Source of the DNA: a virus
Taxonomy: Duplodnaviria; Heunggongvirae; Uroviricota; Caudoviricetes
Direction: 5' to 3' (one strand)
IMG/VR virus record: IMGVR_UViG_3300013104_000019
Location: 23,474-87,473 of that record
Length of the DNA: 64,000 bases
Shown here: positions 9,567 through 18,522 of the stretch, one piece after another
Position numbering within the stretch: position 1 is the stretch's first letter
Layout: each line of letters begins with the position of its first letter
The notes under the pieces: model-generated
Told to the model about the DNA's origin: nothing
Database searches by the model: none
Seen by the model: the letters and a program-made list of their open reading frames with translations, nothing else
Translations under genes and position numbers: made by a program

Positions 9567-9890
9567 ATGAACGGTCAACCCCTTCGCTCGGCAGCAAAGG
9601 AAGCAATCGAAAAAGAACTTCAAAACCTGAAGCGTCAAGCCATGTTGGCTGGTTTTCGTATCGACGGTTTCCTGATCGATCCGGTCGAAGATGCCGTGGC
9701 TGAGGAATCGATGTTGGTTGACGCGCGTCAGATTCTGGAAGACACGTTTCGCGACAACGTCGAGATGGCAGACATGCTCGGCTACAACGTGCGCGTGGAC
9801 CGCATCATCAACCCGTTGGATACGCACAAGCCGAAGATCGAAGTCGTGATCTGGGGTAAGCGTAATGCCGACGGGGGTTACGATGATTAA
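9567..9890 (+). CDS. hypothetical protein
   Basis: Track ORF runs through the terminator hairpin. Trimmed to MNGQPL after RBS aaaaggaaagaaATG. Confidence 0.55.
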   Translation: MNGQPLRSAAKEAIEKELQNLKRQAMLAGFRIDGFLIDPVEDAVAEESMLVDARQILEDTFRDNVEMADMLGYNVRVDRIINPLDTHKPKIEVVIWGKRNADGGYDD

Positions 9891-10257
9891 GATTCGGGAT
9901 TTCCAGCGGCGGGTGCTGGAATGGTTCGAAGCTTGCTTCAGCGCGCAGATGGCGAAAAAGAGAAAGCGTCGGCTTTACGCCTTCTTCGAGGAAGCCAACG
10001 AACTGATCCAATCCGGCGGCATGACGCGTGAAGAAGCGCATGCGATGGTTGACCATGTGTTCAACCGTGAACCGGGTGAATTCTCGCAAGAAGTCGCCGG
10101 AGTATTCACGACGCTGTGTATGGTGGCGAATTCCCACGACATCGATCTCGAAGAAGTCGGCGAGAAGGAACTCGCTCGGATATGGGAAGCTATTCCCATC
10201 ATTCAAGCCAAGCAGGCGCAGAAGCTGCGACCAAATGACGAGGATGAAGATGGTTGA
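9865..10257 (+). CDS. MazG-like nucleotide pyrophosphohydrolase (putative)
   Basis: Small all-helical protein with an EEANEL motif and a later acidic block, typical of phage MazG-like NTP-PPases. Alternative start at 9883. Confidence 0.45.
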   Translation: MPTGVTMIKIRDFQRRVLEWFEACFSAQMAKKRKRRLYAFFEEANELIQSGGMTREEAHAMVDHVFNREPGEFSQEVAGVFTTLCMVANSHDIDLEEVGEKELARIWEAIPIIQAKQAQKLRPNDEDEDG

Positions 10258-10474
10258 ACTCATTCAAGCCGAATTGCAAGTCGATGGCCGTGAAGGCATG
10301 CGGTGTTACTGTGTGTCGCTTCGCTGGAGCAGCGGCGTGAGCCATTCCATGGTGATCTTTGAGACCGAGTTTCCCAAAAAGGCGAAACAGATTCAAGACA
10401 TCATGGATGCAACAAAAGACATGACGGTGTCGCAGAGGTTGAAGTACATCGGAGAACGAATCAATAACGCATAA
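10250..10474 (+). CDS. small hypothetical protein (74 aa)
   Basis: ATG overlapping the upstream stop (MVELIQAELQ). Confidence 0.45.
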   Translation: MVELIQAELQVDGREGMRCYCVSLRWSSGVSHSMVIFETEFPKKAKQIQDIMDATKDMTVSQRLKYIGERINNA

Positions 10475-10483
10475 GGGGTTCAC

Positions 10484-10738
10484 ATGTGCGAACCGAAATT
10501 GCTGTTTTGTGGTAGCCGTACCGCAATCGGGGACTGTGGTGTCGAGGAGATTCACATCGAGTGCCGTTTTGCAGACGGTCAGAAACGTGCAGCTGTCAAA
10601 GTCGATGGTGAGTTCCCCGAACTCGCAACGATGATCGCCAAGTTCCTGAACGGCACTACTGGTATCCCGAACGATACCGCTCGCCGTCTTTTCAATCAAA
10701 TCGATACACGGAGCGATAATGACAACATTACCCGTTGA
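10484..10738 (+). CDS. small hypothetical protein (84 aa)
   Basis: RBS ataaggggttcacATG. Confidence 0.45.
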   Translation: MCEPKLLFCGSRTAIGDCGVEEIHIECRFADGQKRAAVKVDGEFPELATMIAKFLNGTTGIPNDTARRLFNQIDTRSDNDNITR

Positions 10739-11108
10739 AAACTATTCCCCGGAACGCGGAATCATGGAAGGTTTCAAGAAGATGAACTACGCGGTGATCG
10801 ACGACGACACCAAGCAGGCCGTCTACCCTGCATGGCAGTTCGTCGAGCCGGTTCCGGATATGATTCTGGAAGTCATGAAGCTGTTTCTCGTCAACGAAGC
10901 CGTTCATGCGAAAATGCACGGGTTTTTCGTGACACAGGAAGACAACTTGAACGAACTGTCTCCGGCCGAAGTTTTGGCCGGCAGGACCTTCCCCAAGCAA
11001 GAGCCGCTGCATGCCTCGCAGCTGCGCATCCTCAGTCTGCCGCCTGAAGAACGGCTGCGGCGGGTGCTGGAAGTCGCCAAGGACTACATCGCCGAAATCA
11101 CCCAATAA
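10719..11108 (+). CDS. hypothetical protein
   Basis: 129-aa ORF, RBS cacggagcgataATG, 20-nt overlap with the upstream gene. Confidence 0.5.
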   Translation: MTTLPVENYSPERGIMEGFKKMNYAVIDDDTKQAVYPAWQFVEPVPDMILEVMKLFLVNEAVHAKMHGFFVTQEDNLNELSPAEVLAGRTFPKQEPLHASQLRILSLPPEERLRRVLEVAKDYIAEITQ

Positions 11109-11118
11109 GGAGAATGAC

Positions 11119-11682
11119 ATGCGGGTAATCGGAAACGTAACTGCGTATTACTCGAAAGATGATTACCCCAGTCATCACTATCTCTGTAACTTCCGGGTGA
11201 AGACCGTGGACTTCACCTCGATGGAACAGATGATGATGTTCAGCAAGGCGATGCTCTTTGGTGACAAGGAAGCCGCGCACGAGATCATGTCCACGCAGAA
11301 CTGCCAAGCGCAGAAGATGATTGGACGGCGTGTCAAAGGTCTTAGGGGCGGGAAGTGGGACGATGAAGACAGGAAACTCTGGGACGAGAAGTGTGACCAG
11401 ATTGTCTTCATCGGTAATCGCGAGAAGTATCGTCAAAATCGTGTCTTGATCTCGTTGTTGCTTTTAACGGGTGACACCATTTTGGTGGAAGCTTCGAAGA
11501 AGGACGTAATCTGGGGATGTGGGTTGGATGAGCGAGACGACCGCATCGCTGATCCGAAGAACTGGACTGGCCAGAATCGTCATGGCCAAATCCAGATGCG
11601 CGTGAGGCAGTACTTCAGGGACCATCCGGAGGCGAAGAAGCTGGCTGATAATGCTGTGCTCTTTAACTTCGATAAGGATTAA
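11119..11682 (+). CDS. NADAR (YbiA-like, DUF1768) domain protein
   Basis: Trimmed to MRVIGN after RBS aaggagaatgacATG. Motifs GNVTAYYSKDDYPSHHYLCNF, EQMMMFSKAMLFGD, LLLTGDTILVEASKKDVIWGCGLDE match the NADAR fold signature (SNF..., EQ..QA.KA.F, LL.TG...LVEAS..D..WGxG). Confidence 0.7.
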   Translation: MRVIGNVTAYYSKDDYPSHHYLCNFRVKTVDFTSMEQMMMFSKAMLFGDKEAAHEIMSTQNCQAQKMIGRRVKGLRGGKWDDEDRKLWDEKCDQIVFIGNREKYRQNRVLISLLLLTGDTILVEASKKDVIWGCGLDERDDRIADPKNWTGQNRHGQIQMRVRQYFRDHPEAKKLADNAVLFNFDKD

Positions 11683-11684
11683 TC

Positions 11685-12197
11685 GTGCAACCCTGTAGCT
11701 GCGGTTATGTGAATTGCTCGGATAACGAGTATTGTGGTAAGTGCGGTCGTCCCTTCATCGAGAAGAAGACTCGCTACTATTGCAGGCAGTGCGCGTGTGA
11801 GCGCAAGCAGGCAGTGTGTCAAAAGTGTGGTGGCGAGTGTTTCACACCCTCGATCGATTGGGAAGAACCGAGGTTGCCTGACATCGACAAGATTCGCGCG
11901 CTTGCCAAAGAGATCGGCTACGCTATTGGCGTTCATGGCACGCTTGAGCGAGACTTGGATGTGATTGCGGCTCCGTGGACCGAAGAAGCACTCAAGTACA
12001 ACTGGCGTGAGGTGATGGACCATATCGCCAAAGGAATGAATGGACGAGTGGTGGAGGCCAGTTGGAAACCTTTGGGAAGACGGGCTTGCACAATTCTCAT
12101 CGACGGCTGGTACAAGGACATTGACTTGTCAGTCTGTCCGATCCTTATTCAGAAAGGAACACAAGAAGATGAAACATCTGGTGGTGTATCACAATAG
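11685..12197 (+). CDS. Cys-rich zinc-ribbon protein (GTG start)
   Basis: N-terminus CSCGYVNCSDNEYCGKCG...CRQCACERKQAVCQKCGGEC has four or more CxxC pairs. RBS aaggattaatcGTG. Confidence 0.5.
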   Translation: MQPCSCGYVNCSDNEYCGKCGRPFIEKKTRYYCRQCACERKQAVCQKCGGECFTPSIDWEEPRLPDIDKIRALAKEIGYAIGVHGTLERDLDVIAAPWTEEALKYNWREVMDHIAKGMNGRVVEASWKPLGRRACTILIDGWYKDIDLSVCPILIQKGTQEDETSGGVSQ

Positions 12198-13134
12198 CTG
12201 CATGGATGGTTTTGTGTCGGCGTGGATTGTTTATCATTCGCTGATTCGTCGGGGAGTTGTGGAGGACGACATCGAATTTCTCGGAGCGGACTACGGTGAT
12301 CCGATTCCGGACATGACGGGTAAGAACGTCTTTATCGTCGACTTCTCGTGGTACAACGTCGAGAGCTTTCTCAAGCAAGTTGAGAAAGCAGTCGAAGTGA
12401 AGATGCTCGATCACCACAAGGAAGCGTACAAAGTCTGGAAGGATGTCAAGCTTCCGGCCAACATGATCTATAAGCACGAATTGCCGCAATCGGGCGTCGG
12501 AGTTGTGTGGGATTATTTCCACCCGCACACTCATGCACAAATGCCGCCGATTCTTGCGCACATTCAGGATCGCGATTTGTGGAAGTTCAACATCAAAGGC
12601 TCGCGACAAATCCATGCATTCTTGAAGTCTAAGGGCTTCTTGCTGCGTGATACGGATCGGGACACTTTTTTAGCCAAGCTCAAAGAGTTCGGCGCTAACT
12701 ATGCGTGGCTATCTGTCGGTGCATTGCAACCGCTTTACACGATCGGCCAAGCGATCATGGATGCCGAGACGGTTTTGGTCTGCTCGATTCTGGAGCGCAA
12801 CAAGACCTATGCGGAATTCACCTGCTACGGACTGAAGGACGATGATTCGGGAGACATGGAACCGAAGAAACGCTATTTCGTTCCAGTAGCGGAAATGCCG
12901 CATGAACTGGCTGATGAAGCCGGCGACATCATGGGGCATGACGATCCGTTCTCGATTACTTACGAGACCAACTGGGCGTTGGGTAAGCGTCGTTTCTCGG
13001 TTCGTAGCCGTAAAGGATACGGAGTTGATGTCGGGGAAATTGCCAGAGCCATGGGTGGTGGTGGACACCAACATGCAGGTGGTTGGTACGACTCGATCTG
13101 GCTGGACTTTCCGTTCCGTATTACCCGCAAATGA
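12169..13134 (+). CDS. DHH/DHHA1-family phosphoesterase (NrnA/GdpP-like nanoRNase or cyclic-nucleotide phosphodiesterase)
   Basis: Trimmed to MKHLVVYHNSCMDG (DHH motif I H-N-x3-DG). Later MLDHHKEAYK (the DHH motif) and GGGGHQHAGGW (DHHA1 GGGH motif). RBS agaaaggaacacaagaagATG. Confidence 0.75.
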   Translation: MKHLVVYHNSCMDGFVSAWIVYHSLIRRGVVEDDIEFLGADYGDPIPDMTGKNVFIVDFSWYNVESFLKQVEKAVEVKMLDHHKEAYKVWKDVKLPANMIYKHELPQSGVGVVWDYFHPHTHAQMPPILAHIQDRDLWKFNIKGSRQIHAFLKSKGFLLRDTDRDTFLAKLKEFGANYAWLSVGALQPLYTIGQAIMDAETVLVCSILERNKTYAEFTCYGLKDDDSGDMEPKKRYFVPVAEMPHELADEAGDIMGHDDPFSITYETNWALGKRRFSVRSRKGYGVDVGEIARAMGGGGHQHAGGWYDSIWLDFPFRITRK

Positions 13135-13138
13135 GCAC

Positions 13139-13168
13139 GAGGAGGCTTCGGCCTCCTCTTTATGCCGT
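13139..13168 (+). terminator. intrinsic terminator with TTTATGCC tail
   Basis: gaggaggcTTCGgcctcctc then tttatgccg. Confidence 0.7.
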
Positions 13169-13211
13169 CAAGAGCTTGGCCATTTTATGACCAATTTAAC
13201 CGGGACTCACC

Positions 13212-16106
13212 ATGACCAGTATTACTGATCAGACCGCTTTGATGGTCGCAGCCATCGAGGGGTTTAAGACTGTTCTGCCCGGTGCGCTTGCGGCTAAGGC
13301 TCAAGAAGCAGAACAAGCAGATGCGACCAATGAACTGCAAGGCCAAGACTTTCCGACCCTCTCCACCAGTCTGGATGCAGACCTCACCTCGCACGTCAAT
13401 AACCACAACAACCCGCACGGGGATACGGCTGATGCAGTCGGCACATATCGCACGACCGACGTCGATACGAAAGTGAAGGGGATCATCCCCAGTGCGAGCT
13501 TGCCGCTGTCGCGCTACGGTTCGCTCAGCTATTTGCCGCCCGGTGTGTCAGGTTCATTCGAAGGCGCGACGATGAATTTCGAATCGCGCCGGTATCCTGG
13601 CATTCTGGAAAACGACGGTACGTTCGTCTTTTTGCGCAACGGCACGACCGGCAGCGTGATGGGTGTCTATTACGCTTACGTGAAGAACGCATCGACCGGT
13701 ACACTGGCAACTCCGACTCGTACCAACGCACGATATCAGCCAGCGTACTTTCCGGCTAACACGACAGCGCGATATGTTTTCAAGTCGGATGGCAACTGTA
13801 TTCTGGGTCGTTTGCAAACTTCCGCAGGCGTGCTGGGTGATTACTTCATCTCGCTGACCAGCGGTACGTTTGATGCCACCAAGCATGTCGGTGCAATCAT
13901 TCCGGCTGCAAGTTTTCCGGCGCTGGCGAGTGGTTCGGTCAACATCGAAGCGTTCGTCGGAAACAGTAATCTGTATCTCGTAGTCACTGCTGATCCGACC
14001 AACAACGCCAATCCGGTGGATTTCCAGCTGTGGTCGATTCCGTTGTCTAGCATTCAGACAGCCAATGGCGGGAATGTTTCACCCACACAAATCACGGGTT
14101 GGACGACAACGGGTTTTGGTGGAACTTTCTCCGCTACGACAAATATCCGAGTGGCGAATAAGTTCGCATCGTCGACTGCTTTTGATTTGCCGATTGTTGT
14201 CTACGATACGACCACGTCTGCTGGTTTCGATTTGTTCGTGGATAACGATAACGACGTCAACACAGATTCGGCTCAAGACCCGTCTACGGGAAATATCCGA
14301 ATCCGTGTAACGGGGTCTTCGTTTAGCAACACGTACAGCTCTGGCAATACGCGTGTAGTTCCGATTGCTTTCTGGATCAATGTCAATCCGTCGGCTAAGA
14401 CGGCAACATTGGAAGGTCCTGCAACCACACCGGGTGCTGTGACGTATAGCGGCACCACTCAGGCGTATGAATTCAGCGGCGGAATGTTCCCCGGCACTGC
14501 AACTGGTTATCTCCCTGGTAATTATCAAGGAGGCGGTCCTACCTGGGTGTGGGCACCAAGTGGTTATTGGTTCGGTATCCGGGATTCCGATCCGCCTGAT
14601 TATGGCGCGAATGTTTATCGCGCTACGACCAATGCACTGTACGCGAATCGTTACGCAGCGTTGGCACCTTCGGCTGGTGTGAATTCCAATACGAACTCGG
14701 GCTTTACGCCGATGTACGGTTCGGCATTGGGTGGTCGGATGCTGGGGACATGGCCTCTGCCAGGCGGGTACATGATGGCAGCCAGTTATGGCCCGAAGCA
14801 AGACGGGTCGTATGAGTGGGGGCCGGTCCTCATTCAACCGGGTGCTTCGGGATATACGTACCAATCGCAATACAACGGTACGCTGTCGGGTTTTGCACCA
14901 TCGATCCTGCGCACTCGTGTGACAGACATGGGACTGAGCATCGATACTTTTACGGCATTGGTGTCTGAGATCTCGGCAGCTGGTGCAGTGACGACGAGTG
15001 GTGGTCGCTTCTTAGATGGTTATAACACCGTGGGTCCGGTGTCGGTCACAGTGTCAGGGAACGTTCTGCAATCCTCCGGTGCAGTTGTGATGCCGACCTC
15101 GGTACCCGCTAACTTGAAGGCCGCTGCATGGTCTTTGCTTGGCGTCGCTACTCCTCCCGCGTCGAACATCGAGATTATCATCCCGCAGAACACGGCGATT
15201 CCTCCCTTCGGTTTGTTGACTTGGACGGACTCAAGCAAGAGACTTTGGGTGTGCTTGCTGGAACTCTCGATCACGAGCGGTTCGCGTACTGGTACGATCA
15301 ACTCGATGAGTATCGTATCGAACTCGTCTGCTCAGCAGACCAACACGGGTACGACCATTCAGCCTGTGAATGCATCGATCCTCTACACGGGGGGTTCCTG
15401 CTGTATTTACGAAGGCAGTGATGCGTACTTCGTCGGGTTCCTTTCGAAGGTGTACCTCATCATTCCGGGTACGGGTGCTACGCACAACATCCGTTTCGCT
15501 ATTCCGAAATCGACTAATCGTCCTGACTGGTCGACACGGAATGTCCAAGTTCAAGGTGGCTCGTATAGCACCTCACACTACACGGGCTACCCAGGATTGG
15601 GGTTTGGTGAAACGGATCAGAATCCGACCAGTTCGGATAACTACACCAAAATCATCCTGAGGGCAAAGTGCACGACGCTCGCTCAGTACAACGCGTGGTC
15701 GACGATCGGGACGACGGTGTTGACTTCGCAGGATGTGGCGCAAGGTTGGCTCGTTTATTTCACTGACATCACGCCGGTGATCTTGAATGGCCAGTACTTG
15801 CAAATCCAACCTGCAACGTTCAATCTGACCAGCACCAAGACCAATCCCGCCAACAGCACGTTCTACGTGTATGTGACGGTGAATAACGGCGTGGCGTCGT
15901 ACGTAATTAGCGCAACCGCTCAGGCAGAAACCGCGAACAATATGTTTATCGGGACAATTGTCACAGGCGCAACGTCGATCACGTCGATCAACATGCAGAA
16001 GGTCAGTCGCATTGATAAGTATCGTCTGTCGACGACCTCCCAAGGTTCAGCTATCTCCGTGAGTTCGGGCACACCGAATGCGGCGGGTCATCTGAACTGG
16101 ACTTGA
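13212..16106 (+). CDS. tail fibre protein (long)
   Basis: 964 aa. N-terminus MTSITDQTALMVAAIEG...HVNNHNNPHGDTADAVGTY has the phage tail-fibre 'NPH' N-terminal domain. Long Gly/Thr/Ser/Asn-rich beta region. The C-terminal ~80 aa are homologous to the C-terminus of the next gene. Confidence 0.8.
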   Translation: MTSITDQTALMVAAIEGFKTVLPGALAAKAQEAEQADATNELQGQDFPTLSTSLDADLTSHVNNHNNPHGDTADAVGTYRTTDVDTKVKGIIPSASLPLSRYGSLSYLPPGVSGSFEGATMNFESRRYPGILENDGTFVFLRNGTTGSVMGVYYAYVKNASTGTLATPTRTNARYQPAYFPANTTARYVFKSDGNCILGRLQTSAGVLGDYFISLTSGTFDATKHVGAIIPAASFPALASGSVNIEAFVGNSNLYLVVTADPTNNANPVDFQLWSIPLSSIQTANGGNVSPTQITGWTTTGFGGTFSATTNIRVANKFASSTAFDLPIVVYDTTTSAGFDLFVDNDNDVNTDSAQDPSTGNIRIRVTGSSFSNTYSSGNTRVVPIAFWINVNPSAKTATLEGPATTPGAVTYSGTTQAYEFSGGMFPGTATGYLPGNYQGGGPTWVWAPSGYWFGIRDSDPPDYGANVYRATTNALYANRYAALAPSAGVNSNTNSGFTPMYGSALGGRMLGTWPLPGGYMMAASYGPKQDGSYEWGPVLIQPGASGYTYQSQYNGTLSGFAPSILRTRVTDMGLSIDTFTALVSEISAAGAVTTSGGRFLDGYNTVGPVSVTVSGNVLQSSGAVVMPTSVPANLKAAAWSLLGVATPPASNIEIIIPQNTAIPPFGLLTWTDSSKRLWVCLLELSITSGSRTGTINSMSIVSNSSAQQTNTGTTIQPVNASILYTGGSCCIYEGSDAYFVGFLSKVYLIIPGTGATHNIRFAIPKSTNRPDWSTRNVQVQGGSYSTSHYTGYPGLGFGETDQNPTSSDNYTKIILRAKCTTLAQYNAWSTIGTTVLTSQDVAQGWLVYFTDITPVILNGQYLQIQPATFNLTSTKTNPANSTFYVYVTVNNGVASYVISATAQAETANNMFIGTIVTGATSITSINMQKVSRIDKYRLSTTSQGSAISVSSGTPNAAGHLNWT

Positions 16107-16129
16107 TTCTTTTTCTGACAAGGTGGTTT

Positions 16130-16840
16130 ATGTCATCGATTTCTGATGCAGTCAGTGCGCTGAACACCTCGCTCAATGCGATGGTTCCCGCGCTGGCCAA
16201 TGCAGTGAACCGCAAAGTCGCACAGGCGGCCTTAGCTGACAATGCCTTGGCATTGAATGGTCAAAGCGCCACCCAGATGATCTCGACTGCGGCGGCTCAC
16301 ACCGACGCTCACGCAGCGCTCACGAACAACCCTCACCAAGTCACGTACGATGAAGTGGGGGCCTATTCGAAAGCATCGATCGATTCGTTGATCGCGTCTT
16401 TGATTCCGTCTGGTATCTTGCCGCTCAGCACGTTCGGCAAGGTCGACGGTTCTGCCATTCCGGTGTCGGTCACGGTCAACGGCAACACGTGCAGTGTATC
16501 GTTCTCAGCGAACATTCCTGCCATCATGGCAGGGCAGGCTTTCTCGCTCCCGGCACAGGTGCTGAACTACCCGTCGCCGAATGTGACGATGCTCATCTAC
16601 CTGCAACTGATAGGGGGTGTGCCGTCGTACATGTATTCGACTGTGGCTCAGCCGGAAACCTCGACTATGATGTATCTGGGTACGGTGACAACCAATGGTT
16701 CGGGTCAAGTGGTGCAAAACACCATCGGGCACGTGGTGCGTATCGACAATTACCGAATCTCCACGCTTTCCGCAGGTGGTGCGATTCCGGTCTCGGGGGG
16801 AACTCCCGATCAGACAGGGCAACACCTGCTCTGGCAATAA
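16130..16840 (+). CDS. tail fibre protein (short), paralogous C-terminal domain
   Basis: Trimmed to MSSISDAV. Has HAALTNNPHQVTYDEVGAY N-domain. C-terminus ...VVRIDNYRISTLSAGGAIPVSGGTPDQTGQHLLWQ aligns with ...VSRIDKYRLSTTSQGSAISVSSGTPNAAGHLNWT of 13212..16106. Confidence 0.7.
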   Translation: MSSISDAVSALNTSLNAMVPALANAVNRKVAQAALADNALALNGQSATQMISTAAAHTDAHAALTNNPHQVTYDEVGAYSKASIDSLIASLIPSGILPLSTFGKVDGSAIPVSVTVNGNTCSVSFSANIPAIMAGQAFSLPAQVLNYPSPNVTMLIYLQLIGGVPSYMYSTVAQPETSTMMYLGTVTTNGSGQVVQNTIGHVVRIDNYRISTLSAGGAIPVSGGTPDQTGQHLLWQ

Positions 16841-16852
16841 CAGGGAGGAATA

Positions 16853-17419
16853 ATGACAGCGATCTCAGATCAAGCCGCATTGTTAGTGCAAGCAATTGAC
16901 GGGTTGGGGCCGGCCATTAAAAACCGACCCATCAACCAACCTGCCATGAAGATTGAGCTAGGTAATAGCGCTCAAGCCAATGGCGGAAGAGGTATCGATA
17001 AGGGTTCGTATTTTCAAGTCGATATGTCGATTGGTCAGACACTGCTTAACGGTTTGACAGCAACAAACAACGCCGACGGAACGGTGACGTTGCCGGCTGG
17101 ACATTACGAGGTAACAGGCACGATTAAAATCGTGGCAAATCCGGCTGGTCAATTTGATCTGCCGCCTCAGTTGACGCTGGCTACCGGGAATTCACCTTAC
17201 TCGTTCCCTGGTGTCTATCAGACGGACGTTCAGTATCTCCCGCAAGCTAAAATCAGTTCGACGACGTCGGGTTCCAGTTTTGGGACCATGGCAATCTCCG
17301 GCATCATTGATTTGGCGGCGACTGACAGTCTCTGGTTGAGATTTTCGAAGATCGCAGACGCAGGAAATGCAGCGAATTTCCTTTCACTCCAAGGCTATCT
17401 GAATTACATCAAGCTCTGA
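16853..17419 (+). CDS. tail-fibre-like protein (third fibre component or distal tip)
   Basis: N-terminus MTAISDQAALLVQAIDGLG parallels MTSITDQTALMVAAIEGF of 13212. RBS cagggaggaataATG. Confidence 0.55.
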   Translation: MTAISDQAALLVQAIDGLGPAIKNRPINQPAMKIELGNSAQANGGRGIDKGSYFQVDMSIGQTLLNGLTATNNADGTVTLPAGHYEVTGTIKIVANPAGQFDLPPQLTLATGNSPYSFPGVYQTDVQYLPQAKISSTTSGSSFGTMAISGIIDLAATDSLWLRFSKIADAGNAANFLSLQGYLNYIKL

Positions 17420-17502
17420 TTTGCTGGTTCTAAAAAACTACTGACACAGAGCATGCTGTAGTGAGGTAAGAGCCCGTGAGACAGAGGAACACACGACGCT
17501 TT

Positions 17503-17533
17503 CAGCCCTCCCTTCGGGGAGGGCTTTTTATTC
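17503..17533 (+). terminator. intrinsic terminator
   Basis: cagccctcccTTCGgggagggct then ttttattcc. Confidence 0.8.
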
Positions 17534-17552
17534 CCTAATAACGAGAAGCACC

Positions 17553-17963
17553 ATGCATGTACCTGATTACGTCATTCTGGATCTCAGTCAATCTTTGCCC
17601 CAAATGACTGAGGCTTTGCATCGTTCTTACGAACATCTGCCGGATATCTCTTCCGGTATGGTGGAAGAAGAAATCGAAGATTCACTGCTGAAGATCTTCC
17701 AGTGTCTGGAGCAGCGCGACATGGCCGGGGAAGCACTCAAGGATCTGTGCGTATCGCAATGCCAGCACGACCTCGAATTCGATCAAGGGCAGTACCGCTT
17801 TGCAGAGACGATGCATGCGATTGGCACAGAGGCACTGTTCCAGTTTCATCAACTGGGAATGTACTACGGAGGAGAATTCCTTCCATTCTTTTACAAAGAA
17901 AGGCTAGGCGGCCATGCAATCATTTTACAGCGTGTGGGGCACAGGGGCGAAGACGATCTCTGA
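17553..17963 (+). CDS. hypothetical protein
   Basis: 136-aa ORF after terminator 17503-17533. Confidence 0.45.
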   Translation: MHVPDYVILDLSQSLPQMTEALHRSYEHLPDISSGMVEEEIEDSLLKIFQCLEQRDMAGEALKDLCVSQCQHDLEFDQGQYRFAETMHAIGTEALFQFHQLGMYYGGEFLPFFYKERLGGHAIILQRVGHRGEDDL

Positions 17964-18366
17964 ACGCAGCTTCTACGACACCTTACCAGAGAAGGTGATC
18001 GTTGAATTGCCGCTTCAAGTCCTCATGGAGATGGAAGGGTTTGTTGCGCGCTGCTGCAACAGTTATGGCTTCATGATTGAGGATTTGGTTGACGAAGCAC
18101 TCGTGTGTACGAGTCGCAAAGAGTCGGCCGAGGATGAACTGGAGGCGTGGATTGATGATGTCGGTTTCGGGATGACGGAAGCATACGGGGATGCAATTCC
18201 GCATATCGACTACATGAACTCCATCGGTAAGCTTTTCACTCATGTGAAAGACACGATGGGGCTGCTCTACACGCCCAGTGGGAATCACTACTACGAATTC
18301 TTGGAGTGGCTTGATCCCAAGTGCAAAACAACCGTTGTTTTGGCTAAACGCCGGTATGTGGAATAA
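17914..18366 (+). CDS. hypothetical protein
   Basis: 150-aa ORF, overlaps the upstream gene by 50 nt. Confidence 0.5.
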   Translation: MQSFYSVWGTGAKTISERSFYDTLPEKVIVELPLQVLMEMEGFVARCCNSYGFMIEDLVDEALVCTSRKESAEDELEAWIDDVGFGMTEAYGDAIPHIDYMNSIGKLFTHVKDTMGLLYTPSGNHYYEFLEWLDPKCKTTVVLAKRRYVE

Positions 18367-18387
18367 ACCGATTCTAAAACGTTTCGG

Positions 18388-18416
18388 TTATATATAACTT
18401 TCCCGAGCTGGTAACC
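18388..18416 (+). promoter_or_regulatory. promoter-like conserved motif, copy A (TTATATATAACTTTCCCGAGCTGGTAACC)
   Basis: About 26 nt nearly identical to the copy at 50216, ~105 nt upstream of the adhesin-like gene. Confidence 0.45.
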
Positions 18417-18522
18417 CAGTCAGCTTGATTCATGCTTTTGGTTCATTGATTAGGTATCGGGGGCCTAATCTCTTATTGACCATCTCCGACAATCAAACCA
18501 ATGAAAAAGGAATAGAAGAACC

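Noticed and set aside
8625-9827. 400-aa ORF on the minus strand
   Set aside because: It is antisense to three well-supported plus-strand genes and runs through a terminator hairpin. Its composition is Arg/His/Leu-rich, typical of spurious antisense frames in GC-rich DNA, and it has no RBS.
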